From the IMG/VR virus record IMGVR_UViG_3300012943_000014, positions 1 to 46,736 of that record: a DNA stretch of 46,736 nt, one strand, 5' to 3'. The first letter of the stretch is position 1, and every line of letters begins with the position of its first letter. Of the stretch, positions 26,498 to 34,565 are shown in pieces. This DNA is from a virus (taxonomy: Duplodnaviria; Caudoviricetes). A model generated the notes under the pieces. It was not told where the DNA came from, ran no database searches, and was given only the letters and a program-made list of their open reading frames with translations. The translations under genes were made by a program, and so were the position numbers.

Positions 26498-26591
26498 TTC
26501 GTCATACTCCATGTTGACGTGATAACACGTGTTACCCACGTGGTCGGTGCCACGAACGCACCGAATGGGGCACCGAAATGCCCCATTCTCT

Positions 26592-26620
26592 AGTATACAC
26601 GCATCGACGCGTTATGTCAA
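26592..26620 (-). promoter_or_regulatory. Near-consensus sigma70 promoter
   Basis: TTGACA-17 bp-TATACT. Confidence 0.85.
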
Positions 26621-27142
26621 GGGCGTGCGCAGCGTGACGATGGACGCATCGTCGTCATCACCGACGACGAACACGCGCGGTGCAGCGAGCACGTTGGTCG
26701 CCATCTTGTCGGCAGTCGCCATGAGCATGCGGCTGTACTCGACGCCGATGTTCAGCAGCTCGGCCTCCGTTACCATCGCACGCAGCTTGGCCTGAAACTG
26801 CGCACGCCGCCAGTCGTCGTGAGTGGGCAGGTTCAGCACCTCGGTCGCAGCCGCACGCATCGTCGCGCCGATGTCCGCAGCACTGCCCGTGTGCTTGATC
26901 GTGTGCGCGTTGTTGTAGTCAGTGTCGCACACCATGAGATGCACGTTGATCGCGGGGCCGTGGTCCTGTCGATACGCCACGTCGTTCGCGTAGCCGTGCT
27001 TGTAGCCCTTCGCATAGAGCAGCGCCCACATGCTGTCGATGCAGCGCAGCATGCCCTTTATCGTGGACACGGCCTCGAACTGCTGCACGGCGCTACCAAG
27101 CGCACGCTCTAGCTCGGGGATCGTCTTGGTGGTGTCAGTCAT
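26612..27142 (-). CDS. Hypothetical protein (176 aa)
   Basis: RBS GAGGAG; overlapping operon arrangement. Confidence 0.7.
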   Translation of the reverse strand: MTDTTKTIPELERALGSAVQQFEAVSTIKGMLRCIDSMWALLYAKGYKHGYANDVAYRQDHGPAINVHLMVCDTDYNNAHTIKHTGSAADIGATMRAAATEVLNLPTHDDWRRAQFQAKLRAMVTEAELLNIGVEYSRMLMATADKMATNVLAAPRVFVVGDDDDASIVTLRTPLT

Positions 27143-27458
27143 CTCGCAGCATCTCCTCTACTCGGTGCTGTTGCTTGTCGATGTCGAAGCCCTCGATCAT
27201 CGACGTGATCGAGGCAGTCAGGCGCTTATCGTTGTATGCGAGGCAGTACGCCATGTCACCTGCCTCGTTGTGCGTGATCGTCGCACCGATGACGTTGCCC
27301 TCCAGTCGCTCGACCTCGAACACGAAGCCAGCAGCGATGATCGCTCTCGACTTCGCGTATAGCTCTCGCGACGTGGTCGGCCACAGCAGGTCACGCTTGC
27401 GTCCACGGGGACGTACGTACTCCGTGAACGGTATCTCGTACTTGCTCTCACTTGACAC
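27135..27458 (-). CDS. Hypothetical protein (107 aa)
   Basis: Tiles between its neighbours; globular composition. Confidence 0.7.
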   Translation of the reverse strand: MSSESKYEIPFTEYVRPRGRKRDLLWPTTSRELYAKSRAIIAAGFVFEVERLEGNVIGATITHNEAGDMAYCLAYNDKRLTASITSMIEGFDIDKQQHRVEEMLRDD

Positions 27459-27837
27459 GCGTCACCGCCTTCTCGGGCACTAGCACCGTGTTGCTGTCCT
27501 CGATGTACACGCGCTCCAATTCGGTAACGCGTGCTATCACGTCGGTGAGCGCCTCCTCAAGCTGGTTCATGCGTGCCATCAGCACAGGCACGGGCACGGC
27601 ACCGCCCAACGCCTGTGACTTGAACGTGATGCCTGCCTCACGTGCGATGGTCTGCACTGACGACAGGCTCACGTCACCGCTGTCCTTGCCCAGCATGTGC
27701 GCGATCTTGGTCGCATAGCTGACGATGCTAACGACCTCGATGATGCCATCGACCGCGTCTGTCTCCAGCATGGCGACGACGCGCACCTTCTCCATCAGCG
27801 ACAAGTTGCGCTTCCGTCCGGTTGAGATGTTGGGCAT
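27448..27837 (-). CDS. Hypothetical protein, possibly HTH plus coiled coil (~129 aa)
   Basis: Start moved to MPNISTGRKR to remove a long overlap with the upstream gene. Confidence 0.6.
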   Translation of the reverse strand: MPNISTGRKRNLSLMEKVRVVAMLETDAVDGIIEVVSIVSYATKIAHMLGKDSGDVSLSSVQTIAREAGITFKSQALGGAVPVPVLMARMNQLEEALTDVIARVTELERVYIEDSNTVLVPEKAVTRVK

Positions 27838-27841
27838 GTCG

Positions 27842-28756
27842 TCACGCGGCGCGCTTGGTGATGAACGCTGTGGCGGCGCTAATAACGCGCTCAACATGGC
27901 GACCTCGCTCGATCCTCGTAACAGCTGCGTGGTCGTTGCCGGTGTCTCGTACGTCGTCATGGCTCGCCCATGCGGTTAGGGCACTGTACAAGTGCCAGAG
28001 TGTCGGGTTGGTAACAGTGCTACCGCTGCGTCGATTGCGCTCGATGAGCGTGGCGTCGAGCAGCACCTTCGCATGACGCTCCGACATCAGGCTCTTGCTG
28101 ACGAGATGCTTGAACAGCGGCTCCTCCTGCTTGTACGCGATGCCAATGCGCGTCAACTCACGCAGCCGGTCGGTGTGCTTCGTGAACAGGTTGATCGAGC
28201 CGACGAGCCAGTCATCTAGCCCCGTCAGTGACAGGCCACTGGTATGCTTGCGCACGGCCTTCTCGTGCACGCCCGTGATCATGCCGTTCGAGCAGAAGAA
28301 GTCGATGGCACCGCTGATCAGCTGCACGGCCTTGCTGCCATAGCCGTTGCCAACGATGATCTTGAACGCGATGTCGCCACCATCGGCGATCTCGCAGCGG
28401 ATGGACGGGAACGTGTAGTGCCGAAAGCAGTCGCGCCCGTTGTACGCCATGTCGTCGCGCACCTGCACGTCACGCAGCATGCTCGGCTCGAACTTGGCAA
28501 GCATGTGATGCTCGATGTGCTCATGCAGATCGCGGTTGAGCACGACGCGGTAGTTCTTGCCTACCGTAGCGAGCACGGTCGGCTTCTTGTCGGTCACGCG
28601 GACCAGCTTCTTGACGTTGTCGTCCTTGTGCCACGCGCCGTGCTTGTCCAACCAGCCATCGGGTCGCTCGATGACCGGGAAGTAGAGCGTGCTGTCTTGC
28701 GGGAAGGGCGACACGCGATTCGTGATGTTGATAACAGTGTTATCAGCGTTGTGCAT
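27842..28756 (-). CDS. DUF932-family protein (304 aa)
   Basis: VGKNYRVV.N, FCSNGM, RKHT and TLWHLYSALT motifs. Confidence 0.75.
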   Translation of the reverse strand: MHNADNTVINITNRVSPFPQDSTLYFPVIERPDGWLDKHGAWHKDDNVKKLVRVTDKKPTVLATVGKNYRVVLNRDLHEHIEHHMLAKFEPSMLRDVQVRDDMAYNGRDCFRHYTFPSIRCEIADGGDIAFKIIVGNGYGSKAVQLISGAIDFFCSNGMITGVHEKAVRKHTSGLSLTGLDDWLVGSINLFTKHTDRLRELTRIGIAYKQEEPLFKHLVSKSLMSERHAKVLLDATLIERNRRSGSTVTNPTLWHLYSALTAWASHDDVRDTGNDHAAVTRIERGRHVERVISAATAFITKRAA

Positions 28757-28823
28757 CGTCGGTGCTTTCGTGTGTGGGGGTGCATGGACGTGGCTTGGAG
28801 CCCCCTCTCCAAGCCAGTATACT

Positions 28824-28852
28824 AGTATACCCGCAATGGGACACTATGTCAA
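28824..28852 (-). promoter_or_regulatory. Near-consensus sigma70 promoter
   Basis: TTGACA-17 bp-TATACT; the -10 lies in the perfect palindrome GTATACTAGTATAC (28817-28830). Confidence 0.85.
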
Positions 28853-28867
28853 GCCCCTGCATGTGCG

Positions 28868-29080
28868 TCAGATAAGCCCCTTCTCATGCAGCAGCCACTC
28901 AGGCGCAGTGAGCTTCCATGTCATGTGCCTGACACGCTCTATCTCGACCTGCGACTTCGGCACCCACTCAGCATCATCGCGCTTGCCTGTGACGCTCACA
29001 AGCAGACCGCGCTCTGTCTCTGCATGCAGATGCACCTCGATCTCGTGTATGTCGTTGTTGGTCGCGTTCTTCATGGTCAT
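28868..29080 (-). CDS. Small phage hypothetical protein (70 aa)
   Basis: RBS AGGAG; ETERGLLV..WVPKSQ..PEWL..EKGLI pattern. Confidence 0.75.
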   Translation of the reverse strand: MTMKNATNNDIHEIEVHLHAETERGLLVSVTGKRDDAEWVPKSQVEIERVRHMTWKLTAPEWLLHEKGLI

Positions 29081-29132
29081 CACTTCTCCTGTAACAGTAG
29101 TTGATAATGGGTTGACACGATGTGCGCACGTG

Positions 29133-29666
29133 TCACTGCCGTGCACCTTCTGCGATCTCCGCTGCGGTGGGATAGTCGTGCGTGCCTGTGTGTATCTGAT
29201 CGTTAGCAATGCGCGTAACAATGCTACGGTCAACGGCGTACAGCTCGCCGATCTCCTTGTGCGTCTTGCCACCACGCATGAGTAGCACGCGGATGCGACG
29301 CACCACGTGAGCGGGCAAGCCGTGCCTGTCGCGCTCGTGCATGTCGTCCATGTTCTGCTGATGCGTGCCTAGCTCGAAGTGCGCAGGGTTGCAGCATAGG
29401 CTGTTGTCGCACGTATGCCTGATAACCATGTTATCAGGTATCGCTACACCGTGCACGAGTTCGTAGACCAATCGTGTCGCAACGAACTTCGTGCCTCGGA
29501 TGGTGAAGTACGGGCGTGCCTTGCTCGTATCGCTCATCACGCCGTCGCGCATCTTGCGAGAGACGCCACCGGGCTTGAGCAGCCAAGGCCAGCAGGCATC
29601 GGGGCCGCCTGTTGCATCTATGTGACGGAACACGTCCATCGGCTTGTTGCTGCGATCCTTCGCCAT
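29133..29666 (-). CDS. HNH homing endonuclease (~177 aa)
   Basis: CWPW..RHTCDNSLCCNPAH..GTHQQN..D with a C-terminal HTH; RBS AAGGAGG. Confidence 0.88.
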   Translation of the reverse strand: MAKDRSNKPMDVFRHIDATGGPDACWPWLLKPGGVSRKMRDGVMSDTSKARPYFTIRGTKFVATRLVYELVHGVAIPDNMVIRHTCDNSLCCNPAHFELGTHQQNMDDMHERDRHGLPAHVVRRIRVLLMRGGKTHKEIGELYAVDRSIVTRIANDQIHTGTHDYPTAAEIAEGARQ

Positions 29667-29774
29667 TGACAACGGCCTCCTTTGCGTCTATATACACGAT
29701 CAGTCGAGTGGCCGGTGCGCATCGCCGTGAAGGGGACGGCGACATTCTCCTTAGCGCACCGGCACTTGCCTCCC

Positions 29775-30008
29775 TCAGTTCTTGTTGTTGAACACGTTGA
29801 TGTGCTCGGCAGCAGCGTCCTCAAGCTCCTGATCCGTGACCACGTGCGGCACCTGCATGCCATGCTTGCTGTGCTGACGCTGCATGAGCGCGCTCGACAC
29901 GGCGTGTATCAGCCCGCCGCTGACGACTGCCGGGATCGGCGTCTGCGTGAGGATTTGCATGAGCTGCTGCGCCTGCGCCTCCGTGACGGTGATGGTGATG
30001 TTGTCCAT
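29775..30008 (-). CDS. Hypothetical protein (77 aa)
   Basis: RBS AGGAG; first gene after a promoter. Confidence 0.7.
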   Translation of the reverse strand: MDNITITVTEAQAQQLMQILTQTPIPAVVSGGLIHAVSSALMQRQHSKHGMQVPHVVTDQELEDAAAEHINVFNNKN

Positions 30009-30040
30009 GCGTATGCTCCTGTTGGGATAATGCCCAAGGC

Positions 30041-30069
30041 ATGATGGCATGCCAAAGGCCCACCGTCAA
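30041..30069 (-). promoter_or_regulatory. Sigma70-like promoter overlapping a 13-bp inverted repeat
   Basis: TTGACG-17 bp-CATCAT; arms CAAAGGCCCACCG / CGGTGGGCCTTTG (30053-30093). Confidence 0.6.
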
Positions 30070-30096
30070 GCTCGCGCGTGCGGTGGGCCTTTGTAG

Positions 30097-30300
30097 TCAC
30101 TCGATCCAGTCGAGCTTCTCTCGCGTCATAATGAACGCTTCGTAGCGTGCAGCGGGCTCGATAACATGTGCTATGGCAACACGTGCTATCAGCTGCGCGC
30201 GTGCATCGACTATGCCTGCATCCCCATCACCGATGGGGATGCGTTCGACGATGCTATCCTCGTCGCGGTAGTGCTTGTGCAGCTCATACCACCTAGGCAT
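30097..30300 (-). CDS. Hypothetical protein (67 aa)
   Basis: Tiles in the operon (MPRWYELHK...). Confidence 0.55.
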   Translation of the reverse strand: MPRWYELHKHYRDEDSIVERIPIGDGDAGIVDARAQLIARVAIAHVIEPAARYEAFIMTREKLDWIE

Positions 30301-30736
30301 CGTGCCGCTTAGGCGGGTTGAGCATCTCGTGGTCGTCACGCGCGAACTCTGCGCCTGTCACCTGCGTCAGTACGTTGAACGCCTCAGTGTCGCAGAACGC
30401 AAAGCCGTCTGGTGGCAACGGTGCGTCGATGATCATCTCCAACGCACTGTTGCGTATGACGGCGAGGCCCTTGAGGAAGAAGATGTGGCCCTCCTTGCTC
30501 ACATGATCGCCGTCTGCACTCATCGTCGTCTGCTCGGGGTCGATCTCGATGAAGAACGTGCGCCCCGTATCGACAACGGCCTGATGCTCTTTGCACAGTT
30601 GCAGCCCCGTCAGCACGCTATGGGGCAGCACCTGCTTGAGCTGCTTGTGCAGGAGCACGCCAACAGAGTGACGCTCCCTGCACACCGGGCAAAGTTTTTC
30701 TTCTATTGCCACGTGGCTCTTGTCTGTGCCTGTCAC
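30293..30736 (-). CDS. Cys/His (possibly Zn-binding) hypothetical protein (147 aa)
   Basis: DKSHV..CPVC..LCKEH; GTGA-overlap start. Confidence 0.7.
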   Translation of the reverse strand: MTGTDKSHVAIEEKLCPVCRERHSVGVLLHKQLKQVLPHSVLTGLQLCKEHQAVVDTGRTFFIEIDPEQTTMSADGDHVSKEGHIFFLKGLAVIRNSALEMIIDAPLPPDGFAFCDTEAFNVLTQVTGAEFARDDHEMLNPPKRHDA

Positions 30737-31002
30737 TCGGCGCGCTCCTTCGACACGACCCACAACGCACCACGGACGTTGGCGTGCAGGTTGTTGAGCG
30801 CGGGTTCGAGGTCACGCAGCTCACCAATGCACACGTCCACGTCATCGTTGATACCGGACGTGCTGTCCACGTAGTCGGTGAGCAACGCCTTCGCTGCATT
30901 GAGCGTGCGCGACACGCTTGCCCAATTGGCGAGCACGGTCGCGTAGTCAGCCGGTAGTGTCACGAGGACATCCACCGACCGGTTGAACTTGTGTTTGCTC
31001 AT
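30733..31002 (-). CDS. Hypothetical protein (89 aa)
   Basis: ATGA coupling; RBS AAGGA. Confidence 0.65.
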   Translation of the reverse strand: MSKHKFNRSVDVLVTLPADYATVLANWASVSRTLNAAKALLTDYVDSTSGINDDVDVCIGELRDLEPALNNLHANVRGALWVVSKERAE

Positions 31003-31310
31003 CGCTTCTTCCTTCCGTATGCGATCATCAGCTTGCCGATGTCCTCGTACAGTTCGAGGGCTTCCATCACGCTGATGATCGTGCGCCACATCGGACGCGT
31101 GGTTTCGTAATAGGCGAGCCTGCTCACGGTCGCGACAGTCAGGTTGGCCTTGAGCGCGAGGCGATTGAGCTTGCCGCCTTGCCTGATGTAGTCACGCACG
31201 CGCGCATTGACCATCACGCGTACTTGCTTCGTTAAATCGTTGTCCAAGTCGGACAGATTGCCGACGTGCGACTGCTGCTTGACTGGCAGCTTGATGACCT
31301 TGGCACTCAT
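30999..31310 (-). CDS. Cro/XRE-type helix-turn-helix protein (103 aa)
   Basis: LNRLALKANLTVATVSRLAYYETTRPMWRTIISVMEAL; ATGA coupling. Confidence 0.75.
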   Translation of the reverse strand: MSAKVIKLPVKQQSHVGNLSDLDNDLTKQVRVMVNARVRDYIRQGGKLNRLALKANLTVATVSRLAYYETTRPMWRTIISVMEALELYEDIGKLMIAYGRKKR

Positions 31311-31750
31311 GCGTTGTTGCGTGCGTATAGCCTGTCGTGGTCCGCGCAGATGACATCCCAATGCGGGGCACCATCCGCGATGACGTTGTCGATTGCCTGC
31401 AACGCTTGCTCGCGCGTCACATTGTACAAGCGGTACCAGTGCTCGTTCGTGATGACCTCATGCACGGGCGTGTTGTCGTCACGGCAGTAGAACAGTCGCA
31501 TGCCCATCGCACGGTCGAGGCCAAGCCAGTCACTGACCTGATACTCGGAGAACGTCGGTTGCTTCTTGTTCTCCAGCGACATGAGGAACGACGCCGTGCC
31601 ACCGATGCACATCGCAGTCTCGCAGGTCGGCCCATCGCCGGGCACCTCACCGATCCACACGGTCATGTTGAAGTTCACCTCGTTCTCGACGTAGTTGCGC
31701 ACTGTCAGCATGCGCAGTTCGTTGCAGTGCTTGTTGATGATGGTACGCAT
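31307..31750 (-). CDS. Hypothetical protein (147 aa)
   Basis: RBS AGAGAGGA; FNM..W..CETAMCIGG..WLGL..LFY pattern. Confidence 0.75.
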   Translation of the reverse strand: MRTIINKHCNELRMLTVRNYVENEVNFNMTVWIGEVPGDGPTCETAMCIGGTASFLMSLENKKQPTFSEYQVSDWLGLDRAMGMRLFYCRDDNTPVHEVITNEHWYRLYNVTREQALQAIDNVIADGAPHWDVICADHDRLYARNNA

Positions 31751-31779
31751 CGTGTTGATCCTCTCTAACACGTGTTACG

Positions 31780-32112
31780 TCAGTCCAGTCGTGCCATGCG
31801 GAACGATCCATCGCGTTGGATCACCGCTGTCCACGAGTGGTCGAACATGACGATCGTCTCGTCACGCAGCTGCGTGCGACTGCGCTCTCGATACGCTGGG
31901 TCGCCCGGATAGCGCGCACGATAGTCGTCACTGGCCTCGCCAACGACCGGGCCACCGCCTGCCAGTGACAGCGTGAAGCCGGTGAAGTCGTGCCAGCCAC
32001 CGCCGTGCGCGTAACGCTCGTTGATCTGCGTGACGGCATCGCGCTCGTCATTCAGATCGAGAAAGGATGGCAGGAAACCTGCCACCCCCTCGTTTGTCCA
32101 GCGTGGCCTCAC
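31780..32112 (-). CDS. Hypothetical protein (110 aa)
   Basis: GTGA coupling; YAHGGGW..YPGDP..DGSF..RLD. Confidence 0.75.
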   Translation of the reverse strand: MRPRWTNEGVAGFLPSFLDLNDERDAVTQINERYAHGGGWHDFTGFTLSLAGGGPVVGEASDDYRARYPGDPAYRERSRTQLRDETIVMFDHSWTAVIQRDGSFRMARLD

Positions 32113-32423
32113 GCGGGCACGCTCTCGTCGGACGACGTGTCGTCCTCGTCATCGCTGCCCTCGTCGCTCTCGTCGCCGTCGCTCTCGTCGTCGGCCTCGT
32201 CGCTCTCGTCGCTCTCCTCGATCGTCTCGACCGACACGATCTCGAATTCGCCCTTCAGAGCCACGTCGCTGTTGTCAGCGTCGAACAGCGCCGTCTCGAT
32301 GATGGCATCGAGCGCGTCCTGCGGGCTCTTGCCCCCCTTCTCGTCATCGAACGCGCCCTTGTACACGTCGATCACGTCCTCGTCCTTCAGCGTGAGGACG
32401 ACCGTCACTTTGATGTCTGCCAA
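32109..32423 (-). CDS. Highly acidic early protein (104 aa, TTG start)
   Basis: RBS AAGGAG; C-terminal ~35 residues almost all D/E/S/G. Confidence 0.7.
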   Translation of the reverse strand: MADIKVTVVLTLKDEDVIDVYKGAFDDEKGGKSPQDALDAIIETALFDADNSDVALKGEFEIVSVETIEESDESDEADDESDGDESDEGSDDEDDTSSDESVPA

Positions 32424-32450
32424 TTGCAGTCTCCTTGGTAGCACGTGTTA

Positions 32451-32660
32451 GCTGATGGTCAGCACCGTATCAGCACCGGCATAGGGCCTGCCTCCGCGAC
32501 GCGGTAGACAGGTGTGAAATCGAGCGGAATGCCCGACTTGGGGACGTTCTGCGTCCACCGCAGGACACGAGGCGTTGTGGCCGACCGAACTCGCGCTCGT
32601 CGGCACCACGTCTCGTGCCCATCTCGTGAGAGTGTGCCACAATCGGCACACCTATTCGTT
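32451..32660 (-). ncRNA. Candidate structured RNA or long structured leader
   Basis: ~210-nt gap in a tightly packed operon, with several adjacent stems including a long GCGA-capped hairpin. Confidence 0.4.
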
Positions 32661-32676
32661 GCTAACTGCCGCCGCA

Positions 32677-32901
32677 TTAAGGTGCGGTGACGCGCACCAG
32701 TAGTGCGGGCGTGTTGAACGCCTCCTCCATCGCCATGCCGAAGTCCACCAGCTCGGTGACGGGGGCCAGATGCACGACGTTCCAACGCGGGTCGTCATCG
32801 CAATTCGCGAGGCCCCACGCGGTCGCTTTCGTCTCGTCATCGAACGGGCCGAACACGCTGATACCGAGGTCATTGATGGCGATGATGTGCCACTTCTGCA
32901 T
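32677..32901 (-). CDS. Hypothetical protein (74 aa)
   Basis: RBS AGGAG. Confidence 0.7.
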   Translation of the reverse strand: MQKWHIIAINDLGISVFGPFDDETKATAWGLANCDDDPRWNVVHLAPVTELVDFGMAMEEAFNTPALLVRVTAP

Positions 32902-32903
32902 TG

Positions 32904-33149
32904 TCAGTCTCCTACTGCCGGCATCACTACCATGATGTCCGTGGTTGCGTCAGGTCGCACGGTAACACGCGTTACCATGCCATTGGGCGCGAGCATCATG
33001 CACGTGCCTAGCATCTGCGCGAACGGAGCATTCCTATCCGCGCAGCTTGTCCACACCTGATAGGTGTTTTGCCCATCAGGTGTGGTGACACGCCACACAG
33101 TCTCCAGCCTAGTGCGCTGGGGGATGTATAGGCGTGTCGTCGTCACCAT
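32904..33149 (-). CDS. Hypothetical protein (~81 aa)
   Basis: Tiles in the operon. Confidence 0.6.
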   Translation of the reverse strand: MVTTTRLYIPQRTRLETVWRVTTPDGQNTYQVWTSCADRNAPFAQMLGTCMMLAPNGMVTRVTVRPDATTDIMVVMPAVGD

Positions 33150-33328
33150 AGGCCACGACTGTTCGAGCCACCGCCACCCTTCTTACCGTCGGGATCGGTG
33201 AGGTCGAACGCCATGAATGCAATGAAGCCGAGCACGAGGAACACCTTCCACGTGAACAGCCACACTAACAGCCAGATGACGAGGCCGATGCCCACGCATG
33301 TATGCGCTGCGTTGAGCATGTCCTTCAT
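33143..33328 (-). CDS. Small membrane protein (61 aa)
   Basis: ~30-residue hydrophobic stretch; ATGA coupling. Confidence 0.65.
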   Translation of the reverse strand: MKDMLNAAHTCVGIGLVIWLLVWLFTWKVFLVLGFIAFMAFDLTDPDGKKGGGGSNSRGLW

Positions 33329-33504
33329 TCGATGATCTCCACGAGACCACGCGAGAGGATGCTCGCAACGATGGGCGAGCACGTGCTGAAGCGCGCGCAC
33401 TTAACACCGTGCGCGAACCAGAAGATGTCCCACGATGTGCCCTCGATGGGATGACGCGTGCGAACAACGCACACGTCCTTCGTGTCGATGATGACCTCGT
33501 GCAT
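33325..33504 (-). CDS. Hypothetical protein (59 aa)
   Basis: TGATG coupling. Confidence 0.55.
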   Translation of the reverse strand: MHEVIIDTKDVCVVRTRHPIEGTSWDIFWFAHGVKCARFSTCSPIVASILSRGLVEIIE

Positions 33505-33719
33505 CACAGGCACCAGTGCTTGAGCGAGGCGCGCACCTGCTTGGCATCGTCACCACGCCACGTGGTGATGTTGCCGAGGATGTAGAGCGCCTGCACGCGC
33601 GCCTCCTCACCACGCATGCCGATACCGGCCTTGGCGTAGTTGACCGCGTAGTTGAGGGCGGGCTTGTCTGCGTTGCGCACAATAGCGCGGCAGCAGTCGT
33701 CGAATGACAGAATGGTCAT
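33504..33719 (-). CDS. Small phage hypothetical protein (71 aa)
   Basis: YILGN..WRG..AKQVR..LK pattern; tiles in the operon. Confidence 0.7.
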   Translation of the reverse strand: MTILSFDDCCRAIVRNADKPALNYAVNYAKAGIGMRGEEARVQALYILGNITTWRGDDAKQVRASLKHWCL

Positions 33720-33722
33720 GGC

Positions 33723-34016
33723 TCACTTCCCCTGCTTGGCGAAGTAGGCTGCGTCACCCGCATAAGCGGCGCGCATCGCGATGCTGATGTGCTCGACATC
33801 GACCTTGTGCGCGATGGCGAGCGAGACGGCCATCGACTTGGCGAAGTCCTCACCGTGCAGGCCGATCAGCGTGCTGACGAGCGTGAACAGCTGGTCACGC
33901 GTCAACGTGTAGCTGGTGGCGAGAGTGCGCGTGACAACAGCGCCACGCGACTCGGTCGGCGTGATGCTGAAGTTCCCGTTCAGCGTGTGAACGGTCTTGG
34001 TTCCGAAAGCGTTCAT
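33723..34016 (-). CDS. Hypothetical protein (97 aa), first gene of the early operon
   Basis: GGAG RBS before MNAFGTK. Confidence 0.7.
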   Translation of the reverse strand: MNAFGTKTVHTLNGNFSITPTESRGAVVTRTLATSYTLTRDQLFTLVSTLIGLHGEDFAKSMAVSLAIAHKVDVEHISIAMRAAYAGDAAYFAKQGK

Positions 34017-34143
34017 CGTGTCATGCTCCATGCTGACATTGTTGGTAGTGTCTCGGTAACACGCGTTACCACGTGCATCCCGCTCTGCTCTGGCTTGCCG
34101 TAAGTGTGCACGGCGTTACGTGCGCATTTCTACTTACCTGATA

Positions 34144-34172
34144 ATAGTAGCATGCCTCGTATGCTAAGTCAA
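34144..34172 (-). promoter_or_regulatory. Sigma70-like early promoter
   Basis: TTGACT-17 bp-TACTAT with a TG extension; flanked by palindrome copies at 34055 and 34190. Confidence 0.75.
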
Positions 34173-34481
34173 GGGCTGCGCGCGACATAATAACGCATGC
34201 TACCACGCAACGCAGCAACGTCCCACCGTGCAACGTGCCTGCTGACTGCCCAAACGCAGGCATGCATGCTGGTGTGCGGCCTGCAATATCATGCAGATAG
34301 CCTCGCACCCGTGACTGCGACTACTGCGGGCCTGCCCCTCGGCTATGGCCTGCCCATGCGCGTGCCTGCATGTGCATGCCTGTGCATGTGTATGCCTGCC
34401 AGTGCGTGCCTGCCTGCCTGTGGCGCACCGCACCGTGTGCCCGTAGCACGTGCTATGCTGGTGGCGAGCTGCACGGGGGCG

Positions 34482-34516
34482 GTGCATCGGCTGTGCATCG
34501 GCTGTGCATCGGGCAC
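34482..34516. repeat. 11-bp tandem repeat, about 3 copies (GTGCATCGGCT)
   Basis: Read directly from the sequence. Confidence 0.85.
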
Positions 34517-34549
34517 AAAAAAACCCCCGATGCCGAAGCATCGGGGGTT
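34517..34549 (-). terminator. Rho-independent terminator
   Basis: - strand AACCCCCGATGC-TTCG-GCATCGGGGGTT followed by a T run; C(UUCG)G loop. Confidence 0.92.
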
Positions 34550-34565
34550 GGTAGGCTAGTCGCTG

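Noticed and set aside
21196-29666. The two HNH genes as intron-encoded or as a novel system
   Set aside because: They are free-standing between intact genes, which is common in phages.
30999-31310. XRE protein as evidence of lysogeny
   Set aside because: I found no integrase, partition genes or divergent cI/cro switch, and the gene is mid-operon.
32451-32660. tRNA in the structured gap
   Set aside because: I could not build a cloverleaf with a proper T-loop, acceptor stem and CCA end.
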